Position numbers and translations under genes: made by a program
Shown here: positions 19,642 through 28,447 of the stretch, piece by piece
Numbering within the stretch: position 1 is the first letter of the stretch
Layout of the letters: each line of letters begins with the position of its first letter
Origin: Helicobacter kayseriensis
GTDB taxonomy: Bacteria; Campylobacterota; Campylobacteria; Campylobacterales; Helicobacteraceae
Direction: 5' to 3'
Assembly: GCF_021300655.1 (NCBI RefSeq)
Contig: NZ_JAJTNB010000001.1
Coordinates: forward strand, 133,770-197,769
DNA: 64,000 nucleotides
Notes under the pieces: model-generated
Databases searched by the model: none
What the model saw: only the letters and a program-made list of their open reading frames with translations
Told to the model about the DNA's origin: nothing

Positions 19642-22598
19642 TTATTCTCTCCTTTCATTTGTTCTCCTTGGATTGTGATATTTTGAAGCAAATTTATAAG
19701 ATCTTGTCTATTGATGCGTGTTTTGAAGCAGATCTTCACACTCTCACCCAAATGCTCTTGAAGTTTTTGGAAAAACTTCTTTGCATAGTCGATCTTTTTT
19801 TGTTCTGTGGGTGGGATATCCCTCTCGCTTTCATAGCCTTTTGTTTCACAAACAAGGAAAATTTTTTGATTATCTTGAGTGTTGATGAGGTAGGCAAAGT
19901 CTGGCTCATAGTTTTTGTAAGGCGTAGGGATAGAGAATTTGGGGAGTTTGGCATAGACTTGAATTGTGAGGTCGTTGATATGTTTAGGATCTTGGGTGAT
20001 GGCCGTAAGCTCAATTTGACTATCATAAACGACCTTATCATAGAGATAGTGCTCTTGTGGCTCACTCTTTTCATCAATATGACGTCCTAGCTTTTCACAA
20101 AGGATACTCTCTTTTGGCTTACCTTGTAAATCATAGAGCAAATCTTCACTGCTAATTTGAGTTTGAATGAAATCATAAGAGATACTTTGAATAATGCTGG
20201 AGTGGATTTCATCTTGGATGATGGTTTTGAGTTCTTGGAAAGATTGCTTAGGGTTTATAAAGAATTTGTTTTTATCAAGGACTTGATAGACTTGAAGCAA
20301 AAAGCTAAGAGGGAGTTTCTCGCTCTTAGCAAACTCAATGAAGTTATTCATCAACAATGACTTATCTGTGTAAAGCTTGGTAGATAGCACTTCTTCTTTA
20401 GTATTTTCGATTTTACTGGTTTGGGAATTATAAGTCTTGGAAATAAGGATGGTAGTTTCTGGGAGAATAGAGAGGGAATTGAAAGCCCTACTGATATTAT
20501 CCATAAGCTCCTTAGTTTGAATATCTTTGTAGATGATTTGTGCTTTTTGATTGATACTTTTCCATAGAGTAAAAAATTCTTCTGCAAGTTCTTTTTTTAT
20601 CCCTGCTGTGAGCTTTTTTCTATTGGCATCATTGGTTTGGTTGCGTTTGTTGGAGGAGGGTTTAAAGAAATCTAGGGCTCTTAAATAGCTTTCCTCTCTT
20701 AGAATTTCTAAAAAGTCTTCTTTTTCATCTCTAAGGATTTCGTGGATTGGTTTTATGCACTTATAAAATTCTCTTGTGGTTGCCTCAATTGCCTTGCTTC
20801 TTTTTCTTAGATGATAGATAAAGTCTTCGGCTTCATCGGGGGTGAAATAAAGTTGAGAGCAAAGAATGTTTTTGTGGAGGGTTTTGTGATTGAAAACAAA
20901 GCTTGTATCTTCAATCTCCTTTTGTAGCTCTTCGATGAACAATCCTTCTTCACCGCTGATAAGTACATCAAGTGCATTGATATCATAGAAGAGATTGTCA
21001 TCTCCATTGCAATAAGTGTAGGTGATTCGTTTTCCCTCTTGATTGACAGCTAATCTCAGCCCTCTTCCAATTTGCTGATGACGACTTGTAGAAGTGGCAG
21101 AGCTTGCAAGTTTAACAAGAGTAAAAATATTGGGGTTATCCCATCCTTCTTGCAAAGCCCAAACGCTAAAAATGAATTTTAGAGGGGTTTTGATAGATAG
21201 AAGCTTTTCTTTTTCTTCTAGAATAAGTTTTACTCCTTCAGCTTCTTTATCATCTTTTGTCCCTTTATCTCCACTAAAATATCCTTCTGCTACGCAGAGT
21301 TCTCCTTTGTCGTTGAAGTCTTGGGCTAGATAGGATTTGTAGTCTTCTGAGAGGTTGGGGTTTGCAAGAATTTGTTCTCGTTTTTGAATATAGAGTTTTT
21401 CAAAGATAGTTTTAATTCTTGGAATTTCTCCTCTAAAATCATCAATATGAGGGATAAAGAACAAACAAAGTGCTTTTATTCCTTTTTTAAAAAGTTTTTC
21501 TTCTTTTTCAAAATGCAAATCTATAGCTTTGGCAATGAGATTTGATAGTTGAGAATCATCTAGCTCATAAGAAGTAGAGAGTTTATGGACTTCTTCACTA
21601 TTACTTAGAATGATAGAATTTGCTTTGCCTCTTAGGATTTCTTTACCCTTCCATTGTGGATAATGCAATTTCTCTCCAATATCCTCCCCAAAAAATACAC
21701 TTGCCTTGCGCGCAATATTCTCAAGCACATAAGAAAAGGTCGCATATTTTTCTTTGGGGTGGCTTGAAATAAGTTTAGGAGTGAGTGTATTTTCATAGAG
21801 AGTATGAACATTGATTTGTTTGACAAGGTATTCTCTAAAAGCACTAATACTATCAAGACAATAAACAAGATTGCTTAGATTGTGGGGTTCTTCTGTGGGG
21901 AATGTTGCACCAAAGCGAAAATAAAGCGTTTGAAAACTTTGAAATACCTTATCAAACTCCTCACCTTTAAGCAAATGAGGCTCATCGATAAAGCAAATAG
22001 GTTTAAGATCAATAATATTGTCCAATATTGTCTTATTGTTAAAAAGTTTTTCATTTTGACGTCGCAAAAGATTTGGCTTGCCTTTTTTCTCCTCGCCCCC
22101 TTTATCAATTGAACTATTCGTGAGAATCAATACAGAGAGCTCATCTTCATTTTTGATATAGCCATTGATGATTTGACTCAAGGATTTCTCATCATTATAA
22201 TAATAAGCTTTGAGATGCTTGGAATATTGAGTATAAAAATACTCTTTTGTAAGATTAATATTTTGCTTAACAGATTCGGCAATGGCCTTACGCGGGACAA
22301 AAATAATAAATTTGTTTTGAAAATAATGCTTGTGGAGTTCAAAAATCGTATTGAGATAGGTAAAAGTTTTGCCCGTCCCTGTTTCCATCAAAACATCAAT
22401 ATTTTTTCTCTCACCAAGAGTTTGGATAGGCTGAGGGTTTTGCGTATAAAAAGCCTTAAAACACTCCTGTAAACTTTGAACGCTATGCGTATCAAAGTCA
22501 AAGTTTTTTAGAAGTGCAATGATATTATTAATACAATCTTGCTGATATTGTTGCGTTTCAAAAATCATTGAAGATCCTACTTGAAAATTAAATCGCAT
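19638..22598 (-). CDS. res: Type III restriction enzyme Res subunit (SF2 helicase + C-terminal PD-(D/E)XK endonuclease)
   Basis: Walker A METGTGKTFT, motif II CFIDEPHLL, the QxxGRGLR context (QQIGRGLRLAV), and a C-terminal nuclease motif YEPDF...LVCETKG. 986 aa. Confidence 0.85.
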   Translation of the reverse strand: MRFNFQVGSSMIFETQQYQQDCINNIIALLKNFDFDTHSVQSLQECFKAFYTQNPQPIQTLGERKNIDVLMETGTGKTFTYLNTIFELHKHYFQNKFIIFVPRKAIAESVKQNINLTKEYFYTQYSKHLKAYYYNDEKSLSQIINGYIKNEDELSVLILTNSSIDKGGEEKKGKPNLLRRQNEKLFNNKTILDNIIDLKPICFIDEPHLLKGEEFDKVFQSFQTLYFRFGATFPTEEPHNLSNLVYCLDSISAFREYLVKQINVHTLYENTLTPKLISSHPKEKYATFSYVLENIARKASVFFGEDIGEKLHYPQWKGKEILRGKANSIILSNSEEVHKLSTSYELDDSQLSNLIAKAIDLHFEKEEKLFKKGIKALCLFFIPHIDDFRGEIPRIKTIFEKLYIQKREQILANPNLSEDYKSYLAQDFNDKGELCVAEGYFSGDKGTKDDKEAEGVKLILEEKEKLLSIKTPLKFIFSVWALQEGWDNPNIFTLVKLASSATSTSRHQQIGRGLRLAVNQEGKRITYTYCNGDDNLFYDINALDVLISGEEGLFIEELQKEIEDTSFVFNHKTLHKNILCSQLYFTPDEAEDFIYHLRKRSKAIEATTREFYKCIKPIHEILRDEKEDFLEILREESYLRALDFFKPSSNKRNQTNDANRKKLTAGIKKELAEEFFTLWKSINQKAQIIYKDIQTKELMDNISRAFNSLSILPETTILISKTYNSQTSKIENTKEEVLSTKLYTDKSLLMNNFIEFAKSEKLPLSFLLQVYQVLDKNKFFINPKQSFQELKTIIQDEIHSSIIQSISYDFIQTQISSEDLLYDLQGKPKESILCEKLGRHIDEKSEPQEHYLYDKVVYDSQIELTAITQDPKHINDLTIQVYAKLPKFSIPTPYKNYEPDFAYLINTQDNQKIFLVCETKGYESERDIPPTEQKKIDYAKKFFQKLQEHLGESVKICFKTRINRQDLINLLQNITIQGEQMKGENK

Positions 22599-22661
22599 TG
22601 TATCTTTTGTTATCTTGATATATTTGCATTTTTTAAAATTATCTATATCTCAAGGATCATT

Positions 22662-23900
22662 ATGCAAAAGCCTCTTAGTGTTTTTGAGCTCAATGCACAA
22701 ATCAAATCCATCTTGGAAGAAACCTTTTTGTCCGTATTTGTTGAGGGTGAGATCAGCAATCTCACTATCCATTCAAGTGGTCACATTTATTTTAGTCTCA
22801 AAGATTCTCAAAGCTCTATTGCTTGCGTCCTCTTTAGGGGCAATGCCCAACACCTCAAACTTGAGCTCAAAGAAGGCCTTCATGTCGAAGTGATAGGAGG
22901 ACTTAGTGTCTATCCTCCAAGGGGGAATTATCAAATTCTCTGCAAGCAAATCCTTTCCTCAAAAATCGGAAATCTCGCACTTGCCTATGAAAATCTCAAG
23001 CAAAAACTCCACTCTCAAGGCTATTTTCAAAACAAAAAACCCCTCCCCCCTTTTCCCAAAAAAGTTGCACTCATTACTTCTGCTACAGGAGCAGCCTTGC
23101 AAGATATGCTCAAAATTGCAAACAAACGCTGGAGATTGACAGAATTTATCATCATCAACACTCTAGTGCAAGGAGAAGGAGCAAAACTCTCTATCGCTCA
23201 AAATATCGCCTTGGCCGATTCTCTAGAGGGCATTGATTGTATTGTATTGGCTCGTGGAGGGGGAAGCCAAGAAGATCTTTGGGCATTCAATGAAGAAATG
23301 GTGGCAGATGCCATTTATCATGCCAAAACCCCCATTATTTCTGCTATTGGGCATGAAAGCGATGTGCTTATTAGCGATTTTGTAGCGGATTGTCGAGCTC
23401 CAACTCCAAGTGGAGCTATGGAGCTTTTACTCCCAGATCAAGTGCAATGGCTCTATGCCCTTGAAGAATTAAGAGAAAAATTTAGCCAAGCTTTTAGGAA
23501 AATTTTGGGGCACAAATCCCTTCTTCTCTCATCCCTTCAAGATCAATATAAATTTGCCAACCATTCTTATAAAATCCAACTTCAAGAAAAAGAATGCCAT
23601 CAAATCAAACAAATGCTTCAGCTCAAAATCCAGACTATCTTAAAAAACAAAACACAAGAATCCCATATGCTCATCTCACAATTTCACTCTTTTCAACTCT
23701 TCCAGCATTTTGAAAAAACGCTTGATTCTCTCCAGCACTCTCTTGCTCTACACAACCCATCACAAAAATGCAAAAATGGCTATGCTCAAATTACAAAAAA
23801 TGGAAAAGTGTTTAATTTGGAAGAAATACAAGAAGAAGAGATTTTTGAGCTTACAAGCCCAAAAATCACCATCAAGGCCCAAAGACTACCAAAGGACTAA
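22662..23900 (+). CDS. xseA: Exodeoxyribonuclease VII large subunit
   Basis: OB-fold N-terminus (MQKPLSVFELNAQIKSILEETFLSVFVEGEISNL) and the catalytic region. The start was taken at the internal Met of the 439-aa ORF. Confidence 0.85.
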   Translation: MQKPLSVFELNAQIKSILEETFLSVFVEGEISNLTIHSSGHIYFSLKDSQSSIACVLFRGNAQHLKLELKEGLHVEVIGGLSVYPPRGNYQILCKQILSSKIGNLALAYENLKQKLHSQGYFQNKKPLPPFPKKVALITSATGAALQDMLKIANKRWRLTEFIIINTLVQGEGAKLSIAQNIALADSLEGIDCIVLARGGGSQEDLWAFNEEMVADAIYHAKTPIISAIGHESDVLISDFVADCRAPTPSGAMELLLPDQVQWLYALEELREKFSQAFRKILGHKSLLLSSLQDQYKFANHSYKIQLQEKECHQIKQMLQLKIQTILKNKTQESHMLISQFHSFQLFQHFEKTLDSLQHSLALHNPSQKCKNGYAQITKNGKVFNLEEIQEEEIFELTSPKITIKAQRLPKD

Positions 23901-24728
23901 TTCGACATTTTTAGAATCTTCAAAGCTTTTTGAAGATCCATCTAAGCTATATTCGATAGCCAACCCATATTTCACATCAGAGCGTCCCTCTTCACTAATT
24001 TTGAAACTCTGATAGATGCTTGTAGGAAGCTTAATCACTCCAACATTTGGCACTGTCGCCCTTGGAGCAATATTTTGATTGACTTGCAACTCCCCTACAA
24101 GCTTTCCATTAAAATAAACTGCAATTTGAGAAACTTTCATAAATTGAGCAGTTTTATTGACAACACCGATTGTGACTGCACTACGCCCAAGCAAAAAAGA
24201 TTGAGCCGATAGCATCAAATCTTCTTTTTCAAAACTCACAGAGGGCATTGACTTTTTGGAAAGAATAAATCTTGCAGGACTATCCCCTCTTTTATTTTTG
24301 ATATACATATCTGCACCATTATCAAGCAAAAGCTTAATCATCTTGCCATTTTTATTCATAATCGCATGATACAAAGGAGTATTGCCTTGAGAATCTTGCA
24401 CATTGACCTTTGCGCCATTACCAAGAAGAATCTTGGCCAATGTCACATCATTGACCTTTCTTCCTGTAACTTTTAACAATGCTGTTTCTCCATAACTCTT
24501 TGCATTGATATCAGCACCACGGCTAATCATAAGCTCCACAATATCTCCCCATCCACTACGACAGGCATTATAAAGAGGAGTCATTCCCCTCCAGCGTGAA
24601 TTGAGATCTCCTCCTAGCTTGATTCCCTGTCTTACAGTCGTATAGTCATCGCTGAACAAATAAGCATCCCAGCGATTTGCCATCAATAGTCCCAATGTCA
24701 CACAACACAAAAACACAATGCGTCTCAT
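23886..24728 (-). CDS. Secreted ankyrin-repeat protein with C-terminal domain of unknown function
   Basis: Signal peptide MRRIVFLCCVTLGLLMA. At least three ANK repeats (GMTPLYNACRSGWGDIVELMISRGADINAK; GNTPLYHAIMNKNGKMIKLLLDNGAD). About 130 aa of non-ANK tail follow. Confidence 0.65.
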   Translation of the reverse strand: MRRIVFLCCVTLGLLMANRWDAYLFSDDYTTVRQGIKLGGDLNSRWRGMTPLYNACRSGWGDIVELMISRGADINAKSYGETALLKVTGRKVNDVTLAKILLGNGAKVNVQDSQGNTPLYHAIMNKNGKMIKLLLDNGADMYIKNKRGDSPARFILSKKSMPSVSFEKEDLMLSAQSFLLGRSAVTIGVVNKTAQFMKVSQIAVYFNGKLVGELQVNQNIAPRATVPNVGVIKLPTSIYQSFKISEEGRSDVKYGLAIEYSLDGSSKSFEDSKNVELVLW

Positions 24729-24738
24729 CTCTTCCTCC

Positions 24739-25230
24739 TTATGATTTCAAGAACACTTTAGATAAATCTTGAATCTTTGTAAAAATTTCATCAAATTGAC
24801 ACCCATAGATTCTTGTTTGGGCTATTGTAGTCATAAAATTCGTATCACGCTCAAATCTTGGCACAAGATGCCAATGAAGATGCTCGGGGATACCTGCTCC
24901 ACCTGCACTTTTGATATTGATCCCCGTATTGATCCCGCGAGCACCAAATGCATATAGCATCTCACAAGATTGTCGCACCAATTTTGAAAGATGATTCCAT
25001 TGCGCTTCTTCCAATAAATGCGGAGAATCTAAATGAAGATGAGGGATAAACATCAAATGCCCAGGAGAGTATGGATACAGATTCATCACTCCAAAGCAAA
25101 TCTCATCACGATAAAACACATAATGCTTTTCATCATTTTGAGCATCTTGTGAAATCGCACAAAAAACACATTGCTCTCTAGCTCCATTCTTGAGATATTC
25201 ACCTCTTGTTGGGGCATATAGGATTTCCAT
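24739..25230 (-). CDS. HIT (histidine triad) family nucleotide hydrolase/transferase
   Basis: HLHWHLVPR histidine-triad motif, 163 aa. Confidence 0.7.
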   Translation of the reverse strand: MEILYAPTRGEYLKNGAREQCVFCAISQDAQNDEKHYVFYRDEICFGVMNLYPYSPGHLMFIPHLHLDSPHLLEEAQWNHLSKLVRQSCEMLYAFGARGINTGINIKSAGGAGIPEHLHWHLVPRFERDTNFMTTIAQTRIYGCQFDEIFTKIQDLSKVFLKS

Positions 25231-25240
25231 TTCTCACTCC

Positions 25241-26695
25241 TTAGATATAGCTTGGAGCATCATTAGCAAAAAGCACCAAATCCCCCTCTTTTAGGGAAGC
25301 TTTGAGTGTATTCTCCATCGCGCTTTTATCTTTTAAAAGTATCTTTTTTGCTCGTTGAATTTCTTGAGACAAAGTTTTGGCATTCAGCTCTCCCGTGATA
25401 ATCACAAGATCAAAAACTTGATCAATCTCTCTTGCAAGCTCACAATTTGCCTCATCCGTGCTCTCAATTACACCAGGTGTAACAATCACCTTGCGCCCCT
25501 GATGACCAGAAGCAATCCGAATCGCTTCTTTCATGCCCTCAAGATTTCCATTGAAACTATCATCTAAAATGATTTTTCCTCCCACTTCGCTTTTATTCAA
25601 TCGATGCTCAACCCCCTGCAGTCGTTTGACACGATTTGTAATCTCAAGAAAATTCATTCCTATTTGGCTTGCCATTTCAACACAAAGGGCAATATTATAT
25701 GCATTAAAACTCCCCAAAACTTGTGTCTCAAAATAATGACGCTCTCCCTTTAATAACATTTCAAATGTAGTTCCACCCAGTGTTGCTTGGATATTCAAAA
25801 GCTTAGCCTCTGCTTGAAAGGCACCCTTGGGAAGCTCTTGAGGGAGTGGATTGCTAGATTCAATGATTGCATAGCGCAAGCGGTTTGATCGCAAAGCCTC
25901 AAACTTTGTCTGAACGATATTATCTAGAGTTTTAAAGTATTCCAAGTGTTGTGGGCCAATCTTTCCAATTACAACATATTGAGGATTGAGAAATTCTGCA
26001 ATTTCGGCAATATCTCCCCTCTGTCTTGCTCCAGCCTCAACGATATAAAAATCACTTTGGGGGTTTAGATTGGTATTGATGTCTGCAATGATTCCTTTGA
26101 GCGTATTAACACTCCTTGGAGTTGCATAAACAGAAAATCGAGCTTTAAGAATCTGAAAAAGATAATTTTTAATGCTTGTTTTTCCATAACTTGCCGTAAT
26201 CAAAATAATCTTAAGTTGCGTCATAGAGGCAAGTTTTTCTTGAGCCATTTTCTTATAGCACTTCAGAAGAAAAAACTCAAAAAGATTAGAAAAAAGAATT
26301 GCAAAAACAAAAATCAAAACAAAAGAAAATTTTAAATCCCCATAAACTATCTTCAAAACACAATCAACACACGCAAACAAAGCAAAGATTCCAAAAAATC
26401 TCCATACCCTTCCTGTCCATTTAAGAGGTTTATCAAGTTTTAAAATCCAATAAATAAAAAGAGGCAAATAGATCAAACAGAATACAAGATAAAACACTTG
26501 AGCTTGATCAAAATACTGACTTAAGGCATAGGCAACAATAGGGAAAACAAAATAAAAGAAATGCCAATGCACTTTATGATGCTTAAATAAAACACGCTTA
26601 AGGCTATAGTGATACCATTGAAGATTGTTCATAAGATAATAAGCCAATACAAACAAAAAAACAAAGTCCAAAATCTGCATCCAAATATTATTCAA
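25241..26695 (-). CDS. murF: UDP-N-acetylmuramoyl-tripeptide--D-alanyl-D-alanine ligase MurF (with N-terminal hydrophobic extension)
   Basis: Mur ligase P-loop (TASYGKTS) and a conserved ddl-(hydrolase)-murF neighbourhood as in H. pylori. Confidence 0.8.
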   Translation of the reverse strand: MNNIWMQILDFVFLFVLAYYLMNNLQWYHYSLKRVLFKHHKVHWHFFYFVFPIVAYALSQYFDQAQVFYLVFCLIYLPLFIYWILKLDKPLKWTGRVWRFFGIFALFACVDCVLKIVYGDLKFSFVLIFVFAILFSNLFEFFLLKCYKKMAQEKLASMTQLKIILITASYGKTSIKNYLFQILKARFSVYATPRSVNTLKGIIADINTNLNPQSDFYIVEAGARQRGDIAEIAEFLNPQYVVIGKIGPQHLEYFKTLDNIVQTKFEALRSNRLRYAIIESSNPLPQELPKGAFQAEAKLLNIQATLGGTTFEMLLKGERHYFETQVLGSFNAYNIALCVEMASQIGMNFLEITNRVKRLQGVEHRLNKSEVGGKIILDDSFNGNLEGMKEAIRIASGHQGRKVIVTPGVIESTDEANCELAREIDQVFDLVIITGELNAKTLSQEIQRAKKILLKDKSAMENTLKASLKEGDLVLFANDAPSYI

Positions 26696-27410
26696 GCCTA
26701 TCTCTCCATTCTAAAATTTGCTGTTGGATTTCCCCTCCATAATGCAAGAAGAAATAATGATCTCCATCAAAACTCTTAAAAGCGCTATTTGAAATCAAGC
26801 GATGCATGATCTGCCCACTTTTTAAGGGTGTAGCACGATCCTGATTGCCCCAAAAAATATAAGTCCTAGAAGAAGAGGTAGAAAACACAGATGTAAAGTC
26901 CTCATCTACCACATTTTTAAAAGTTTGATACATTGCTTCATTTAGGCCATCAGCATCGCTAGAGCGTAAAGCTCTAGAAGATAGACCAAGACGCCTTAGT
27001 GTTTTTGCAATAAAAATTTTGATTTTGACTTTAAGGCTTTTGGGGCAAATAATACCTGCAGAACTTAAAAGCACAAGTTCCTTAGGGGCAAGCAATGTTG
27101 CAATCTTCCCCCCAAAGCTATGTCCTACAATCATTGCATCTTGAATACCTAGGGAATCTAAAAAAATCCGCATCATATCTGCATACTTTTGAGTATCTAA
27201 GATATAAGTATTTTGACTTTGTCCAAATCCAGGAAGATCGATATAAAGATGAGTAAAATCAGCAAAATAACGCCCAAAAGCTTGCTTCATAATTTCTTTA
27301 TTGCTTCCCCATCCATGCAAGAAAACAATGCTTTGAGGCTGATTTGGATTTAAAATTTCATAAGCAATTTCAAAATGTTGCCCATCAATAGTTAAAAATT
27401 TTTTTGCCAA
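26688..27410 (-). CDS. Alpha/beta-fold hydrolase
   Basis: GHSFGG nucleophile elbow, 240 aa, lying between ddl and murF. Confidence 0.7.
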   Translation of the reverse strand: MAKKFLTIDGQHFEIAYEILNPNQPQSIVFLHGWGSNKEIMKQAFGRYFADFTHLYIDLPGFGQSQNTYILDTQKYADMMRIFLDSLGIQDAMIVGHSFGGKIATLLAPKELVLLSSAGIICPKSLKVKIKIFIAKTLRRLGLSSRALRSSDADGLNEAMYQTFKNVVDEDFTSVFSTSSSRTYIFWGNQDRATPLKSGQIMHRLISNSAFKSFDGDHYFFLHYGGEIQQQILEWRDRLE

Positions 27411-27412
27411 TC

Positions 27413-28447
27413 TTATGCCTTTCCTTTTGCCCTTTGAATCTTGTGAATATAGGCATAGCTCCCACTCACATCCCTTATGGCGGGCAAAGAGATATTGGAT
27501 AGGGCATATGCAAAATCCTCAAACAAATAATTAGCCATTGATCCTGGGATAGGATTAATCTCATTCAAATAAACCTCACCATCAATGACAAAGAAATCGC
27601 AACGAATCAGTGCCCCTTCAAAACAATTCTCATAAAGCTTCACAAAATTTTCTTGCAATGCATTTTCAAGTTCTTTTGAAATTTCTGCTTTCAAAACACG
27701 CTCTGTGCGTGAAAAATCCAAATATTTATCTTCAAAATTGAGAAAATCTTTTTTTTGTGGCTCTTCAACGATTGAAAATACCATCTCTCCCTCGTGATTT
27801 TTATATCCTGCAAGATTATATTCTTTCACCCCTTCTTTAAAAGGCTCAACAAGCACCTTTGAATCATACTCAAAGGCACAATCTAAGCTATATGTAAGAT
27901 CACTTTGAGATTTCACAACATTTACACCAATTGAGCTACCCAAACGCGAAGGCTTAAGAATAGCAGGATAATGACTTAAATCGCTTGGCGGATTTTGAAG
28001 AGAAAAAACCTCATAAGGCAAGACCTTCACCCCTCTTGCTTGGGCATAGATTTTGGTCAATTCTTTATCATAACTCAAAACACAAGCTTCTTTGCGTGGA
28101 GCAATAAATGGAATCTTAAAAAACTCAAGCAAAGAAGAGAGTAATCCATCCTCTCCATCTCCTCCATGCACGACACTCAAAACCCTTTGCACTCCAAGTT
28201 TCTTTTCACCCCACAAACTAGAAAGCAAAAAATCTCCATTTGTTGGGGTTAGCTTTTTGCATTGTTTATATACACCAGAACTAAAGGTGCTAGATTTCAT
28301 CTTATCTTTTGGAATCAAAAAAAACTGATGAGCATAATCCAAAAAAATAAAATGCTCTACATCTAAAACCTTGGCAAGAGAAATCGCACTAACAATGCTG
28401 ATTTCATGCTCATAGCTCTTCCCTCCAAATATCAAACTAATTTTCAT
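27413..28447 (-). CDS. ddl: D-alanine--D-alanine ligase
   Basis: MKISLIFGGKSYEHEISIVSA N-terminus and ATP-grasp C-terminus (EINPIPGS). Confidence 0.85.
   Translation of the reverse strand: MKISLIFGGKSYEHEISIVSAISLAKVLDVEHFIFLDYAHQFFLIPKDKMKSSTFSSGVYKQCKKLTPTNGDFLLSSLWGEKKLGVQRVLSVVHGGDGEDGLLSSLLEFFKIPFIAPRKEACVLSYDKELTKIYAQARGVKVLPYEVFSLQNPPSDLSHYPAILKPSRLGSSIGVNVVKSQSDLTYSLDCAFEYDSKVLVEPFKEGVKEYNLAGYKNHEGEMVFSIVEEPQKKDFLNFEDKYLDFSRTERVLKAEISKELENALQENFVKLYENCFEGALIRCDFFVIDGEVYLNEINPIPGSMANYLFEDFAYALSNISLPAIRDVSGSYAYIHKIQRAKGKA

Noticed and set aside
22173-22472. 99-aa plus-strand ORF opposite the res 5' region as a possible small regulator (C-protein) of the R-M system.
   Set aside because: It is antisense within the res coding region, low-complexity, and has no HTH motif.
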